NCBI GenBank assembly: GCA_963727625.1
Contig: CAVSHR010000008.1
Coordinates: forward strand, 64,001 to 128,000
Origin: an uncultured delta proteobacterium
GTDB lineage: Bacteria > Desulfobacterota > Binatia > UBA9968
DNA length: 64,000 nucleotides
Direction of reading: 5' to 3'
Numbering within the stretch: position 1 is the stretch's first letter; each line of letters opens with the position of its first letter. Shown here piece by piece: positions 1-10,903 of this stretch. Position numbers and translations under genes: made by a program. The notes below the pieces were generated by a model that saw only the letters and a list, made by a program, of their open reading frames with translations, was not told where the DNA came from and made no database searches.

Positions 1-960
1 CCGTTGACTTCACCGGCTTTATCGGCGCGGCTAGTGGCGTGCCTCGGTGAAGAGCATCTTTATTTTTATGACGCGATCTCACCGATCGTGACGGCTGAGT
101 CGATTGACATGGCCGTCGCATATCGGGCCTCGCGTTACGATATAGGCGGCGACGATTATCTCAACTTGCCGCTGACCCGCGACGAGTATATTCACTTTGT
201 CGACGCCCTGCTCGCCGCGGAACGGGTGCCGACCTACAGGTTCGAGCGCTTTGTTCCCTTCGAAGGCTGCATGCCCATCGAAGAGATGGCCGATCGTGGC
301 AAGGAGACTCTCGCGTTCGGTCCCATGCGCGCGGTGGGATTGATCGATCCGCGCACGGGACGCCGCCCTTACGCGGTGGCGCAGTTGCGCCAGGAGAATC
401 GCGAGAAGACGCTTTACAATTTGGTCGGCTTTCAAACCAAGATGACCTATCCGGAGCAGCGCCGTGTGTTCGCCTTGATCCCCGGTTTGGCCAGGGCGGA
501 ATTCGTCCGCCTCGGCAGCCTGCATCGCAACACTTTCATCAATGCGCCGCTGCATCTCTTGCCGACGCTGCAATGGCGCCAGCGCAGCACGCTATTTTTC
601 TCCGGCCAGATGACCGGAGTCGAGGGCTACATCGAATCCGCCGCCACGGGCTTGCTCGCCGGGATAAACGCGGCAAACTTGCTAGCGGGAAGGCCGCCGG
701 TGGTGCCGCCTGCGACCACCGCGCTGGGCGCGCTGTTGCGCTATATTACCGATTCCGAACGCATACGGTTTCAACCGATGAACGTGAACTTTGGCCTGAT
801 CCCGCCGCTCGCTGCACGCCTGCGCGGCAAAGCGAAAAAGGAAATGATGGCACGCCGCGCGCTCGCCGACATGGCGGCTTGGGCAAGGGAGTTGGACATT
901 TCGGCGATTCCGTCGGATGGTGATCCAAAGCGGATCGTTGAAGGACGCAAAGTCCCGTGA
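1..960 (+). CDS. trmFO: Methylenetetrahydrofolate--tRNA-(uracil-5)-methyltransferase TrmFO (5' part outside window)
   Basis: Motifs [35 protein letters not shown] and [10 protein letters not shown]; the N-terminal FAD-binding part is missing at the window edge. Confidence 0.95.
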   Translation, partial: PLTSPALSARLVACLGEEHLYFYDAISPIVTAESIDMAVAYRASRYDIGGDDYLNLPLTRDEYIHFVDALLAAERVPTYRFERFVPFEGCMPIEEMADRGKETLAFGPMRAVGLIDPRTGRRPYAVAQLRQENREKTLYNLVGFQTKMTYPEQRRVFALIPGLARAEFVRLGSLHRNTFINAPLHLLPTLQWRQRSTLFFSGQMTGVEGYIESAATGLLAGINAANLLAGRPPVVPPATTALGALLRYITDSERIRFQPMNVNFGLIPPLAARLRGKAKKEMMARRALADMAAWARELDISAIPSDGDPKRIVEGRKVP

Positions 961-1892
961 GCCCGCGGCGCAGCGCCTTTATCGACGTCGGCACCAACAC
1001 GATTCTCTGTCTGATCGCGGAAGTCAGGGACACTGGCCGCTTTCGGGTCTTGGACGATCTGGCCGAAATCACCCGGCTCGGCCAGGGTGTCGATCGGACG
1101 CGCCGGATCAGTTCAGATGGCGAGCAGCGCAGTCTCGCCGTACTCAGGCGCTATCGTGATCAGTGTAAAAATCTCGGTGTTGACGAGATCTTCGCCGTCG
1201 GTACCAGTGCGCTGCGCGACGCCACCAATAGCGCCGAGGTGCGTGCCCGCATTCGGGCCGAGCTCGGCATCGACATACGCGTGATCTCCGGCGCCGAAGA
1301 GGCGGCATATTCATTTCTCGCCGTGCAGCGCAGCCTGTCGCTGACCGCAAAAGAAACTTTGGTCATCGATGTCGGCGGTGGCAGCACCGAGCTGGTCCGC
1401 GGCAACGAAAATGGTGTACGCCGGGCAATCAGCATCGATCTCGGTTCGGTGCGCCTGACCGAACGATTCCTTCACGCCGATCCGGTTAAGCCGGAAGAAC
1501 TGGCGCAAATGCGTGAGACCATCGATCGAGAGCTCGCGCGCTTGCCCGATCGGGATGTGGCGCCCGATGCGACGCTCACGCTGGTCGGCATCGCCGGCAC
1601 GTTTACCACGCTAGCGGCCATGGAAAAAAAACTGGCGCGCTATTCGCACGGCGAAGTTCATGGTAGTGTCTTGACGCTTGAACAAGTGCGGCGCCAGCGC
1701 AACCGGCTGGAGCGCAAATCGATCGCCGAACGGCGGCAGATGATCGGCCTCGAGCCGCAGCGAGCCGATGTAATTTTTGCCGGCGCCTTATTGATTGAAC
1801 GGATCATGGCGCGCTACCATGCTGCTCTCGTGATCGTCAGCGATCAGGGCGTGCGTTACGGTTTGCTGCACGAGGCCGCGCAGCCAAATTAG
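957..1892 (+). CDS. Ppx/GppA family exopolyphosphatase
   Basis: [31 protein letters not shown] and GVRYG motifs of the ASKHA Ppx/GppA family. Confidence 0.92.
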   Translation: MSPRRSAFIDVGTNTILCLIAEVRDTGRFRVLDDLAEITRLGQGVDRTRRISSDGEQRSLAVLRRYRDQCKNLGVDEIFAVGTSALRDATNSAEVRARIRAELGIDIRVISGAEEAAYSFLAVQRSLSLTAKETLVIDVGGGSTELVRGNENGVRRAISIDLGSVRLTERFLHADPVKPEELAQMRETIDRELARLPDRDVAPDATLTLVGIAGTFTTLAAMEKKLARYSHGEVHGSVLTLEQVRRQRNRLERKSIAERRQMIGLEPQRADVIFAGALLIERIMARYHAALVIVSDQGVRYGLLHEAAQPN

Positions 1893-2007
1893 GGTTATTG
1901 ACATTTGCGGATGAATTGGAAATGATCGGCCGTTGTTTTTGGGCGACCAAAAAATTTCTAAGTGACATGGAATCATCGCCGGCTTGTCACGGAGGGAGGT
2001 GAACGCA

Positions 2008-2277
2008 ATGACCAAGGGTGAATTAATCGACGCCGTTGCCAGGAGTGCCAAGATCAGCAAACTGGCCGCCGGCGAGGCCGTGGACGCGACCTTCGAGTGC
2101 ATCACCAAAGCGATTAAAAAGAGTAAGCGCTTTCAAGTTCCCGGATTTGGGACCTTCACGGTACGCGCGCGCAAAGCCCGCAAAGGTAGAAATCCTCAAA
2201 CCGGCGCCATGATCAACATCAAGGCGAGCCGCACCGTAGGATTCAAGGCCGCGCCGGTATTGAAAAAGGGCCTGTAA
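2008..2277 (+). CDS. hup: HU family DNA-binding protein
   Basis: MTKGELIDAVA...GFGTF...RKGRNPQTG; ATG at 2008 follows a GGAGG RBS. Confidence 0.95.
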   Translation: MTKGELIDAVARSAKISKLAAGEAVDATFECITKAIKKSKRFQVPGFGTFTVRARKARKGRNPQTGAMINIKASRTVGFKAAPVLKKGL

Positions 2278-2297
2278 AATCTTCCGGTCGTCCGTTG

Positions 2298-2332
2298 AAG
2301 GCCACTACGGAAAACCGGGTGGCCTTTTTTTT
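2298..2332 (+). terminator. Rho-independent terminator after HU gene
   Basis: AAGGCCAC...GTGGCC stem followed by a T8 tract. Confidence 0.8.
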
Positions 2333-2414
2333 GCCCGGCTTGATGCCGGCGGGCTGGCCACGTAAACTAAAGCGCACTCAAAAGCGCCGAATCGTTGGTC
2401 GAGAAAGACTCGTC

Positions 2415-3332
2415 ATGTCACTGAAAACTGAAAAAATTTGGCTCGATGGTGAATTGATCCGTTGGGAGGATGCCAAAGTGCACGTGCTCTCGCACGCGCT
2501 GCACTACGGCACGGGATATTTCGAAGGCATCCGCTGCTACGCATTGGCGGACGGCCGCTCGGCAATATTTCGCCTGGCGGAACATATGCGCCGGCTCGCC
2601 GATTCCGGCAAGATCCTCGGTTTTCCCCTGCCGTACACGGAGGCACAACTCAATCAAGCGACTCTCGATGTGATACGCGCGAACAAATTAAAGGAGTGCT
2701 ACATCCGTCCATTGGCCTTTGTCGGCCTCGGCGAATTAGGCCTCTACGCGCCGATGAATCCGGTCAATGTCTCTATCGCGGTTTGGCCATGGGGTGCGTA
2801 CCTCGGCGACGAGGGGCTTCAAAATGGCATTCGCGCCAAAGTATCGTCGTACACGCGCCACCACGTCAATGTGATGATGACCAAGAGCAAGAGCACGGGC
2901 AACTATATCAATTCGGTGCTGGCCAAGCATGAAGTGAAAAAAGCCGGTTACGACGAGGCGATCATGCTCGATGTCGAGGGCTACGTGTCGGAGGCCAGCG
3001 GGGAGAATATTTTCATGGTGCGCGACCGCAAAATTAAAACCACCCCGCTCACTTCGATCCTTCCCGGTATTACCAGAGACGCGATTATTACCTTGGCCCG
3101 GGATAAAGGTTACACGGTGATTGAAGAGCGCTTTACCCGCGATGAGCTTTATACTGCCGACGAGGCCTTTTTTACCGGCACGGCGGCCGAGCTGACGCCG
3201 ATTCGCGAAGTGGACGATCGGCAAATCGGCGCCGGGCGGCGCGGGCCGGTGACCGAAGATATTCAGCAAACTTTTTTCGACGTCATCAAGGGCAAAAATC
3301 GTAAATACGAGAATTGGCTTACCTACGTCTAG
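2415..3332 (+). CDS. ilvE: Branched-chain amino acid aminotransferase
   Basis: HALHYGTGYFEGIR, YIRP, EASGENIF, ILPGITR and EAFFTGTAAE motifs; start set at ATG 2415. Confidence 0.95.
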   Translation: MSLKTEKIWLDGELIRWEDAKVHVLSHALHYGTGYFEGIRCYALADGRSAIFRLAEHMRRLADSGKILGFPLPYTEAQLNQATLDVIRANKLKECYIRPLAFVGLGELGLYAPMNPVNVSIAVWPWGAYLGDEGLQNGIRAKVSSYTRHHVNVMMTKSKSTGNYINSVLAKHEVKKAGYDEAIMLDVEGYVSEASGENIFMVRDRKIKTTPLTSILPGITRDAIITLARDKGYTVIEERFTRDELYTADEAFFTGTAAELTPIREVDDRQIGAGRRGPVTEDIQQTFFDVIKGKNRKYENWLTYV

Positions 3333-3392
3333 CGGTGCTGGGCCGCTTGTCGAGACTTTCCGCCGGGCGGCGGACGAGTTAGAACACTGCCA

Positions 3393-3764
3393 ATGCCGGA
3401 ATTCACCGATGCCACTTTACGCGTGACCATGTTGCCGCGTGATACCAACGCGCGCGGCACGATTTTCGGAGGCGTGATTCTAAGCCATATCGACTTGGCC
3501 GGTGGCATCGCCGCGTCACGGCAAGCGACGCGAAATTTTGTTACTCGGGCGATGCGCGAGGTTGAATTTATCGCCCCGGTGTATGTCGGCGACGTGGTGA
3601 GTTTTTACACTTCCGTGCTGCGTCAGGGCACAACTTCTGTTACAATAAAAGTCAGCGTCGAAGCGGAGCGCGGCAAGGATCCTCGCCGTCGGGTCAAGGT
3701 CACCGAAGCGGAGGTCATCTATGTCGCGGTGGACGAAGCCGGAAAACCACTACCGGTGAAGTAA
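3393..3764 (+). CDS. Hotdog-fold acyl-CoA thioesterase (YciA-like)
   Basis: MLPRDTNARGTIFGG and FIAPVYVGD motifs. Confidence 0.9.
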   Translation: MPEFTDATLRVTMLPRDTNARGTIFGGVILSHIDLAGGIAASRQATRNFVTRAMREVEFIAPVYVGDVVSFYTSVLRQGTTSVTIKVSVEAERGKDPRRRVKVTEAEVIYVAVDEAGKPLPVK

Positions 3765-3767
3765 ATT

Positions 3768-4616
3768 ATGCCCGAGCACTGGTTATCAAAATATTTTTGC
3801 GCTTTCGCGCTTTGTTTAGTGGCGGCGGCGAACGCCGGCGCTGAGGCGGTCACAACGATCCAGACGACACGCCCCGGCTGCTGCGGCCAGACCGATGCCG
3901 ACATCGCACGCTGGCACCAGAACGCCGACCGGCTTTACGGTCAATTCAAACCAGCCGAGGCGGTTCGCGAGCTGGAGAAAATCCTCGTGGTGGACAGCCG
4001 CAATTTTCAAGCGCTGATCAAACTAGCACGCGCGCATATCGATATGGGTGATCAGATCGCAGAGAATAGCGCCAGTGCGAACGAGCATAGGCTGAAGCAA
4101 TACGCCCTCGCCGAAGACTACGCCCGCAAAGCGGTTAATGTAGATTCCAGCTCAACCTGGGGCCACTTTTGGATCGCCGCTGCCCTTGGCAATATTGCAA
4201 TGCATTCGCCGATCGCAAAGCAGTTGGAACTTGCTGGCGAGATACGCGCGGAGATCGAGAAGGCATTGGAGCGCGATCCCAAGAACGGTTTAGCCTACCA
4301 TGTTTACGGCGTGTGGCATCGCAAGATCGCCGAGATCGGCGGCGCCAGTCGAGTTTTCGCGTCCGTGGTCTACGGGAAATCGGTTCCTTCCGGAACGCTC
4401 GAAAAATCGATCGAATATTTGAGAAAAGCCGTAGAGCTCAATCCCACCGTGATCGTATCCCGTTTGGAGCTGGCGCGCAGTCATATCGAAAAAGAACAAT
4501 GGGAACAGGCGCGGGCTTTGCTCACTTCGATTCCGGCCTTGCCGATTCAATTCTCCGACGACGCCAAGCACAAGCAAAAAGCCAAACAGCTCTTGGCCGA
4601 AATCAAGGATCGTTAG
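3768..4616 (+). CDS. Exported tetratricopeptide-repeat protein
   Basis: Signal-peptide-like N-terminus and TPR-like helical repeats (ALERDPKNGLAYH, AVELNPTVIVSRLELA). Confidence 0.75.
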   Translation: MPEHWLSKYFCAFALCLVAAANAGAEAVTTIQTTRPGCCGQTDADIARWHQNADRLYGQFKPAEAVRELEKILVVDSRNFQALIKLARAHIDMGDQIAENSASANEHRLKQYALAEDYARKAVNVDSSSTWGHFWIAAALGNIAMHSPIAKQLELAGEIRAEIEKALERDPKNGLAYHVYGVWHRKIAEIGGASRVFASVVYGKSVPSGTLEKSIEYLRKAVELNPTVIVSRLELARSHIEKEQWEQARALLTSIPALPIQFSDDAKHKQKAKQLLAEIKDR

Positions 4617-4619
4617 TTG

Positions 4620-4870
4620 CGCGGGAGCCGCCTTCATTCAAAAATCGACGCGCCTGATCATTGATCCGGTTGACCGGCGGGCGTTGGCCATGCTCGGAGA
4701 AGAGCACCAGCCGGAGCGGCTTGCCCGGGCTTTCCAGCCGATCATGCAGCAAGATCGCTTGAGACACGGAAATGTGCGTGTCCCGCTTGCCGCGAAAAAC
4801 CAGAGTGCTGGCGTGTTAATCGGCGACTTGCGGAAGCCAATTTTTCAGCTTCGGTTGTTCTTCGCCTTGG
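4620..4870 (-). pseudogene. Decayed C-terminal fragment of an S9-like alpha/beta hydrolase
   Basis: Manual minus-strand translation ...QVAD*HASTLVFRGKRDTHISVSQAILLHDRLESPGKPLRLVLFSEHGQ... resembles the 'LILHGxxD...LFPxxGH' tail; it has an internal stop and no N-terminus. Boundaries approximate. Confidence 0.45.
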
Positions 4871-5001
4871 GAATTATCCGGGCGACGCAACCAGAAGCGA
4901 GAACTGCCATGGTAAACGTTTGCCCTCTCACATCCGCTGCTACCGCATTTTCGGCGTCAACCCCCCCAAACGTTTGCACGACCGGGGCGCTTTAAGTATC
5001 A

Positions 5002-5928
5002 ATGAAACGGCTGATGATTAGAAATCTTTTCAAGCACTGGCTCCCATTCGTCCTGTTTTTGATGTTAGTTGCTTGCGGCGAGTCGGATAAGGCTGCGAAG
5101 ACGTTGCGCGTCGGCTTCGTGCCGGCTGAAGACGCGCAACAGGTGATGCAAAATGCCCAACCCTTGGTCGAGCTATTGCGCCGGCGCTTAGGGATGGAGA
5201 TCCAGCCGTTTGTCGCCACGGATTATACCGGCGTCGTCGAGGCATTGCGCGTCAACAAGTTGGATGTCGCGTTTTTGGCACCCGCCTCCTATGTTTTGGC
5301 CAAGAGTGAGGCGGACATCAAAGTGATCCTCAAGTCCGAGCGCAAGGGCCTTCCATTTTACTACGCCGCGATCATCACGCGGGCCGACAGCGGCATAAGG
5401 ACGCTCGAAGATCTGCGCGGCAAAACCTTCGCGTTTGGTGATTCGCTGTCCACCACCGGCCATGTTTTTCCGCGCAAAATGTTCCGGGAGCACGGCATCG
5501 ATCCGGTGCGCGATTTCAAAAAAATTCTCTATTCCGGCGGCCATGACGCTACCGTGTTGGCGGTGCTGAACGGTAAAGTTGACGCCGGCGCGACCTACGC
5601 GAATTCGCCGGACAGCCAGGACACGGCCTGGATGCGTTATCTGAAAGACCCCCGCGACGTTGAACAAATTCGCGCCATCGCTTTCTCGGAGCCGATACCG
5701 GCCGATAATTTAGTCGTTAGCGCCGGTCTCGACGGCGCGATTAGCAAGAAAATCGAAGAGCTATTTCTCGATCTAAGCCGCGACCCCAAAGGGAAAAAAA
5801 TGCTCCGCGACCTCTATCAGATCGACGGCTTTGTCCGCGCCAAGGATGCCGATTATGATCCGGTGCGCCAGGCCTTCGCCGACGCCGGCATTCAAATCAA
5901 GCAAGCCCTGCAAAAAATACACCCGTGA
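5002..5928 (+). CDS. phnD: Phosphonate/phosphite ABC transporter substrate-binding lipoprotein
   Basis: Lipobox LVAC; ATDYTGVVEAL, FGDSLSTTG and GGHDA motifs; adjacent to phnC. Confidence 0.85.
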   Translation: MKRLMIRNLFKHWLPFVLFLMLVACGESDKAAKTLRVGFVPAEDAQQVMQNAQPLVELLRRRLGMEIQPFVATDYTGVVEALRVNKLDVAFLAPASYVLAKSEADIKVILKSERKGLPFYYAAIITRADSGIRTLEDLRGKTFAFGDSLSTTGHVFPRKMFREHGIDPVRDFKKILYSGGHDATVLAVLNGKVDAGATYANSPDSQDTAWMRYLKDPRDVEQIRAIAFSEPIPADNLVVSAGLDGAISKKIEELFLDLSRDPKGKKMLRDLYQIDGFVRAKDADYDPVRQAFADAGIQIKQALQKIHP

Positions 5929-6704
5929 CCATCCTGGAAATCCAGCAGTTGTGCCAATCCTACAATGGCAGCACGCCGGTGTTGCGCGGCGTCAGTTTCA
6001 AGGTCGAGCAGGGTGAATTCGTGGGTATCATCGGTCTTTCCGGTTCGGGTAAATCGACGCTGCTGCGCTGCATCAACCGGCTGGTCGAGGCCGGCGCGGG
6101 TGAAATTAAAATGCCGCGCGGTCTTCTAACCGGCGCGCCGAACGGCGCGCCGATCGATCTTTCAAAGCTCGATAGCGCCGACCTGCGCCGCGTGCGCTGC
6201 AAGATCGGCATGATTTTCCAGCAATTCAATCTTGCCAAGCGATTGTCCGTTCTGGAAAACGTGCTCGCTGGCGGCCTCGGCTATCAGCCGGCGTTACGCA
6301 GCGCGCTGAGAATTTTTACCCGCGACGAGCGGCGCCTAGCGCTCACCAATCTCAAGCGCGTCGGTTTGCTTGAACACGCCTACCGGCGCGCTGATGAGCT
6401 TAGCGGCGGCGAGCAGCAGCGGGTCGCTATCGCGCGCACGTTGATGCAACGGCCGGCGCTCATTCTCGCCGATGAGCCGGTTTCGAGCCTGGATCCGAAG
6501 CTGTCGCGGGTCGTGCTCGATATTCTCAAGCGGGTCTGCCGCGAAGACGGGATCACCGCGCTGGTGAGCTTGCACACTCTCGAACTGACGCGGGAGTATG
6601 CCGACCGGGTCGTTGGCCTCAAGCAAGGCGAGGTCGTCTTCGATGGCACCACGCGCGAACTTAGCGACCTTGCGGTGGAGGCAATCTATCAGCACAAAGC
6701 ATAG
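5925..6704 (+). CDS. phnC: Phosphonate ABC transporter ATP-binding protein
   Basis: Walker A GLSGSGKS, IFQQFNL, LSGGEQQRV and ADEPVSSLDP. Confidence 0.9.
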   Translation: MTILEIQQLCQSYNGSTPVLRGVSFKVEQGEFVGIIGLSGSGKSTLLRCINRLVEAGAGEIKMPRGLLTGAPNGAPIDLSKLDSADLRRVRCKIGMIFQQFNLAKRLSVLENVLAGGLGYQPALRSALRIFTRDERRLALTNLKRVGLLEHAYRRADELSGGEQQRVAIARTLMQRPALILADEPVSSLDPKLSRVVLDILKRVCREDGITALVSLHTLELTREYADRVVGLKQGEVVFDGTTRELSDLAVEAIYQHKA

Positions 6705-8528
6705 CTAGGTGCGCGGCGCTTTGGCGCCCGGGTGAAGCCCGGTGCCGCGTTTTTCCAGAACTTCGAGGCCGTAGCGGTAGCCGGCAGCGATAATCTCGTC
6801 GATGCGGCGCCAATCAAAGATACCGAACTGGCCGACCGGTGGATTTAAATAAAGATCGGCGTCGGTTTTGACCGCTTCGATCGTGCGCAGGCTACCAACG
6901 GTGGTGGCGCGATAGAGAATATTAAAAATGTTTGGCAGATCCGGTTTTGTGGCCAGGGGATTGAACCGGCGCCAAAGGAGATTCCAGCCGGAGACGCTGT
7001 AGCTCTCTGCCAGTTGGCTTTTAAACTCGACCTGTTCGCTCACGTCGACGGCGGCGACGGTGCCCTGGCAGAGTTTTCTCATGACGTCGACGGGCAAGTT
7101 GTTCATCAAGCCGCCGTCGACAAAAATTTCGCCACGCTCAATAGCGGGTGGCCCGATACCGGGAATCGAAATGCTCGCACGAACGGCTTTCCACAGCGGG
7201 CCGCGGCGATGAACCTTCTGATCGGCGCGAGTGAGGTTGGTCGACACGCAGAAAAATTTGTCGCGCAGATCTTGTATCTCAACTGCGCCGAACATTTTTT
7301 CGAGCATGCGGTCCATGCGCTTGCCGGAGTTGAGCGCGACCAGCGGCAAGGTCAAGTTTCGCTGCGGCTCGCAGCGCGGCCATTGCTCTCGGTTCACCCG
7401 GGTCATTTCTCGCCATTGCCAGCCCAAGGCATGCTGCGCGGCGATGACCGCGCCCATGCTGGTGCCGCCGATGTAGTCGACGGGAATTCCGCATTCGTCA
7501 AGCGCGCGCAGGATGCCGACGTGAGCGAAGCCGCGGGCGCCGCCGCCACTCAGAACCAAGCCGACGGCGGCGCCTGTAAGCAGGCGCACCAGTTTGTCCA
7601 TATCGGCGTCGGCCGTTGGCACGACGTGATAGTGGGAATCGAGAGGAAACAGCGTTAGCCATCGATCGGCGCGCACACTCGGATCGAAAGCGCCATTGTG
7701 CAAGAGCGCCAATTCAAGCACCGCGCTCACTTGATGGCGCGAGAAATAGTCGGTCAGTGCTGCGCACCTGATTTTATCCGGTGCGTCGCTGGCCGCCCCA
7801 AGCAACAGAATCAGATCGGCTTGACGCAGGCATTGTTCGGTCCACGGCGACAGCTCGTTTTCGGCTTCGTAGACAACAAAGCGATGCTTGCCCTCCAGGT
7901 CATTGAGCCGGGCGGTCAGCGTGTCGTCACCCTCGGAGCGAGCATCGTCCGGCAACCCCGGCGTTCGATCGAGGCGGTTGCTCAGATGAAGCGTGCTGCC
8001 GACCTTACTCAGCGCTTCAACGAGTCGCTCGACGAAACGCCCCGCCGCCTGCGCGTCGAAAGGCAGCACGGCCAAGGTTCTGATGTTACGCTTCGACAAA
8101 GATTCGTCTGTGCCTTCGCTCTGACGCTCGGCGATTTGCACCAAAAGTTCGCCGGCCAGCTGAGGATGCTTTTTGAGCGCGTTCTCAAAGGCGGACCGGG
8201 AGAAGCGCGCTAACTCGGTATCGCGGATGGCGCGTACGGTGGCGGAGCGCGGTTTTCCGGTAAGGATCGCGAGCTCGCCGACGCTTTCGCCACGGCCGAT
8301 TTCGCGGATCGCTTCTTGAGTTCCGTCGGGCCGCGTAGTGAAAATGCGCAGCCGCCCGGAGAGTACGATGTACATGGAGTCGGCGGCGTCGCCGGCGCGA
8401 AACAAGGTTGCGCCGCCGGGTAGCAGGCGCCAGTCCAGCCCGGGGAGAAAAGTTTCGAGGGCAGCGGGACCTACCGTTAGAAATAGCGCTGCGGCCGACA
8501 GGTGCGGTATTTTTTCCGGGGGAAACAT
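6705..8528 (-). CDS. cNMP-binding domain plus patatin-like phospholipase (NTE-like)
   Basis: cNMP domain (GESVGELA...PRSATVRA); patatin GGGARG, GTSMG and DGG motifs. Confidence 0.92.
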   Translation of the reverse strand: MFPPEKIPHLSAAALFLTVGPAALETFLPGLDWRLLPGGATLFRAGDAADSMYIVLSGRLRIFTTRPDGTQEAIREIGRGESVGELAILTGKPRSATVRAIRDTELARFSRSAFENALKKHPQLAGELLVQIAERQSEGTDESLSKRNIRTLAVLPFDAQAAGRFVERLVEALSKVGSTLHLSNRLDRTPGLPDDARSEGDDTLTARLNDLEGKHRFVVYEAENELSPWTEQCLRQADLILLLGAASDAPDKIRCAALTDYFSRHQVSAVLELALLHNGAFDPSVRADRWLTLFPLDSHYHVVPTADADMDKLVRLLTGAAVGLVLSGGGARGFAHVGILRALDECGIPVDYIGGTSMGAVIAAQHALGWQWREMTRVNREQWPRCEPQRNLTLPLVALNSGKRMDRMLEKMFGAVEIQDLRDKFFCVSTNLTRADQKVHRRGPLWKAVRASISIPGIGPPAIERGEIFVDGGLMNNLPVDVMRKLCQGTVAAVDVSEQVEFKSQLAESYSVSGWNLLWRRFNPLATKPDLPNIFNILYRATTVGSLRTIEAVKTDADLYLNPPVGQFGIFDWRRIDEIIAAGYRYGLEVLEKRGTGLHPGAKAPRT

Positions 8529-8924
8529 TCTTAGCTGCTGCGACCTCGGCGGAGTCCTGGGGCAAAGTTGACGCGGTTTTCGATTATTTCATTGCTTTAT
8601 TGTCGTAGTCGCACTCTCGGACGATCGCGTGCCGAATCATGCTGCGTTCGGCTGCTCATCCCGACGCGCACAACTAACCGAATTGAAGCTTGCCTGTCAA
8701 ACGACCTGTGGCGGCGTTATTTTCGCTCTGACCCCTATCGCCGCGCCGGTTCAACAGCGTATCCGACAGGGATATCGGGCAATCGACGTTGACTTAACCA
8801 ACGATCGAATGCGGTACAGATGGCTTGTTCCGACGCAGAGCAATGCGTTATGGTTTGACCCGTTGGCGCGAACGTTTACCGACGACGGGTTAACCCAGGT
8901 CTGGTTTGGAGGGAGGAGGTTACT

Positions 8925-9863
8925 TTGGCCCAAGCAGCAAATAAAATGGAAGAGCAGGATATCCTGCTGGAGGCGCCGCGCCGACCCCGGTACGGCAAGA
9001 AATTTTTCACCGCTGTCGCCCTCGGATCGATGATTCTACTTTGGTCCTTTCAAGGGGCGAAAATCCGGCCCGGTGAGCTGGTCGAGGGCATTCCGCAAAT
9101 TTTCGCCACTCTCGAGCGCATGTTGCCACCGGACTTCACGAAAATCACGGACGCTAAGAATTATTATGCGCCTGAGGAGTTGAGCTGGACCGAGCTGCTT
9201 TTGCCAGTGCCCCTCGGCGAGGCGGGGGCACGGGCGCGCCGGCGTTGGTGGAATAATACATTTCCGCAAACGGTGGCCGGCGCGACGCTGGAGACTGTCC
9301 AGATGGCGCTCGCAGGAACGTTTTTGGCGTTGATTGCCGCTTTTCCGTTGGGCTTCCTGGCCGCGCGCAACACGACACCGCATCCGGTCGTCTATCATGC
9401 CGTGCGCGGCGCGCTCAATCTGGTGCGCACTATACCCGATCTCGCCCTTGGGCTATTGTTCGTCGCGGCGGTGGGCTTAGGGGCGTTCGCCGGCACCCTG
9501 GCCCTGGCGATTCACACCGCTACGGTGCTCGGTAAACTGTTGTCCGAATCGGCGGAAAATATCGACGAAGGAGTGGTCGAAGCAATCCGCGCCACCGGCG
9601 CCGGCTACCCGCAGATCCTTTCTTTCGCGGTGCTGCCGCAGATCTTGCCCGACCTGATTTCATTTACGTTGTACCGGCTCGAAACCAATATCCGGGCCGC
9701 TTCGGTGCTCGGATTGATCGGCGCCGGTGGCATCGGCTACCTGATGAACACGAGCTTTCGAACTTTTCAGTATCAAGAGGCGGCAGCGATTGTTTTAGTG
9801 CTGATCGGGCTGGTGATGCTGGTCGATTATCTGAGTTCGCGGTTGCGCACCCGGGTCGTCTAA
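8925..9863 (+). CDS. phnE: Phosphonate ABC transporter permease
   Basis: ETVQMALAGT, LAARN, RTIPDL, EAIRATGA (EAA loop) and LETNIRAASVLG; start is TTG 8925 after GGAGG or a slightly downstream ATG. Confidence 0.9.
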   Translation: MAQAANKMEEQDILLEAPRRPRYGKKFFTAVALGSMILLWSFQGAKIRPGELVEGIPQIFATLERMLPPDFTKITDAKNYYAPEELSWTELLLPVPLGEAGARARRRWWNNTFPQTVAGATLETVQMALAGTFLALIAAFPLGFLAARNTTPHPVVYHAVRGALNLVRTIPDLALGLLFVAAVGLGAFAGTLALAIHTATVLGKLLSESAENIDEGVVEAIRATGAGYPQILSFAVLPQILPDLISFTLYRLETNIRAASVLGLIGAGGIGYLMNTSFRTFQYQEAAAIVLVLIGLVMLVDYLSSRLRTRVV

Positions 9864-10039
9864 CGGCAATCGCCGCGTCCCAGTGGGTCGTCGGCCCCCC
9901 GCCAGCGGAGATTTGCCGACTTGATTCGCATCTGGTTTGTGCCTTTGGTGATTTCGCCGAATGTTCGCCGCGTTGTAGCGGCGGTGTCGTGGACATTTTT
10001 TTTAACCATGTGATAATCTCGCTGTGGAGAAACTCATCG

Positions 10040-10891
10040 ATGATTCGTACCGTCGGTATCGTGGCTAAATATCAGGAAGCCAAAGCGGCTCAGATGGTTC
10101 GCTGGCTGGTTCCTTGGCTTAAGAAGCGCGGCAAAAAAGTCTGCGTGGAGAACGGCCTGGTGCGCAAGGGCGCCCAGTCGTGCAGTAAGAAAATGATGGT
10201 GGCCCAGGCCGATCTGATCATTTCTCTGGGCGGCGACGGCACGCTGCTAAACATCGCGCCGTTAGTAGAGCGCCCGGAGGTGCCTATTCTCGGTGTCAAT
10301 ATGGGCGGGCTGGGCTTTATCACCGAAGTTGCCGTGGATGAATTCGAATCGGTCTTGAGCAAAACCTTGGACGGCGACTTTGAGGTCGAGAAACGCATGA
10401 CCCTCGAAGTGCGAGTACGCGGCAAAAAGCGCCGGCTCCACAGATTTCGTGTTCTGAACGACGTCGTCATCGCCAAAGGCGCACGCAGCCGCATCATCGA
10501 CCTGGAAACCTACGTCGGCGACGATTATCTTTGCACCTACCGAGCCGACGGTCTGATCATCTCGACGCCGACCGGTTCGACCGCCTATTCTCTGGCAGCC
10601 GCGGGACCGATCCTTGAACCGACTCTCGGTGCCGTGGTGCTCGCGCCCATCTGCCCGCACACGCTCACCAACCGGCCGATCGTGGTGCCGAGCAACGCCG
10701 CCATTCGGGTTACCCTGCGCTCCTTTGGCGACACGGTGATCTTGATTCCCGACGGCCAGCAGGGAGTGCGGCTGAACAACGGCGATAAGGTGGAGGCCAG
10801 GGATTACGGATTGCCGGTCTCTCTGATCAAACTGCCGTCGCGCAGCTATTACGAAATCCTGAGGGAAAAACTCAAGTGGGGAGAGCGCTAA
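10040..10891 (+). CDS. nadK: NAD kinase
   Basis: GGDGT, LNDVV and TPTGSTAYSL motifs; upstream of recN. Confidence 0.95.
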   Translation: MIRTVGIVAKYQEAKAAQMVRWLVPWLKKRGKKVCVENGLVRKGAQSCSKKMMVAQADLIISLGGDGTLLNIAPLVERPEVPILGVNMGGLGFITEVAVDEFESVLSKTLDGDFEVEKRMTLEVRVRGKKRRLHRFRVLNDVVIAKGARSRIIDLETYVGDDYLCTYRADGLIISTPTGSTAYSLAAAGPILEPTLGAVVLAPICPHTLTNRPIVVPSNAAIRVTLRSFGDTVILIPDGQQGVRLNNGDKVEARDYGLPVSLIKLPSRSYYEILREKLKWGER

Positions 10892-10903
10892 GCGAGCGGT
10901 TTT

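Noticed and set aside
8530-8920. Gene or riboswitch between patatin and phnE
   Set aside because: ORFs here (8568-8792, 8629-9033) lack RBS or motifs, and I recognised no known RNA structure.
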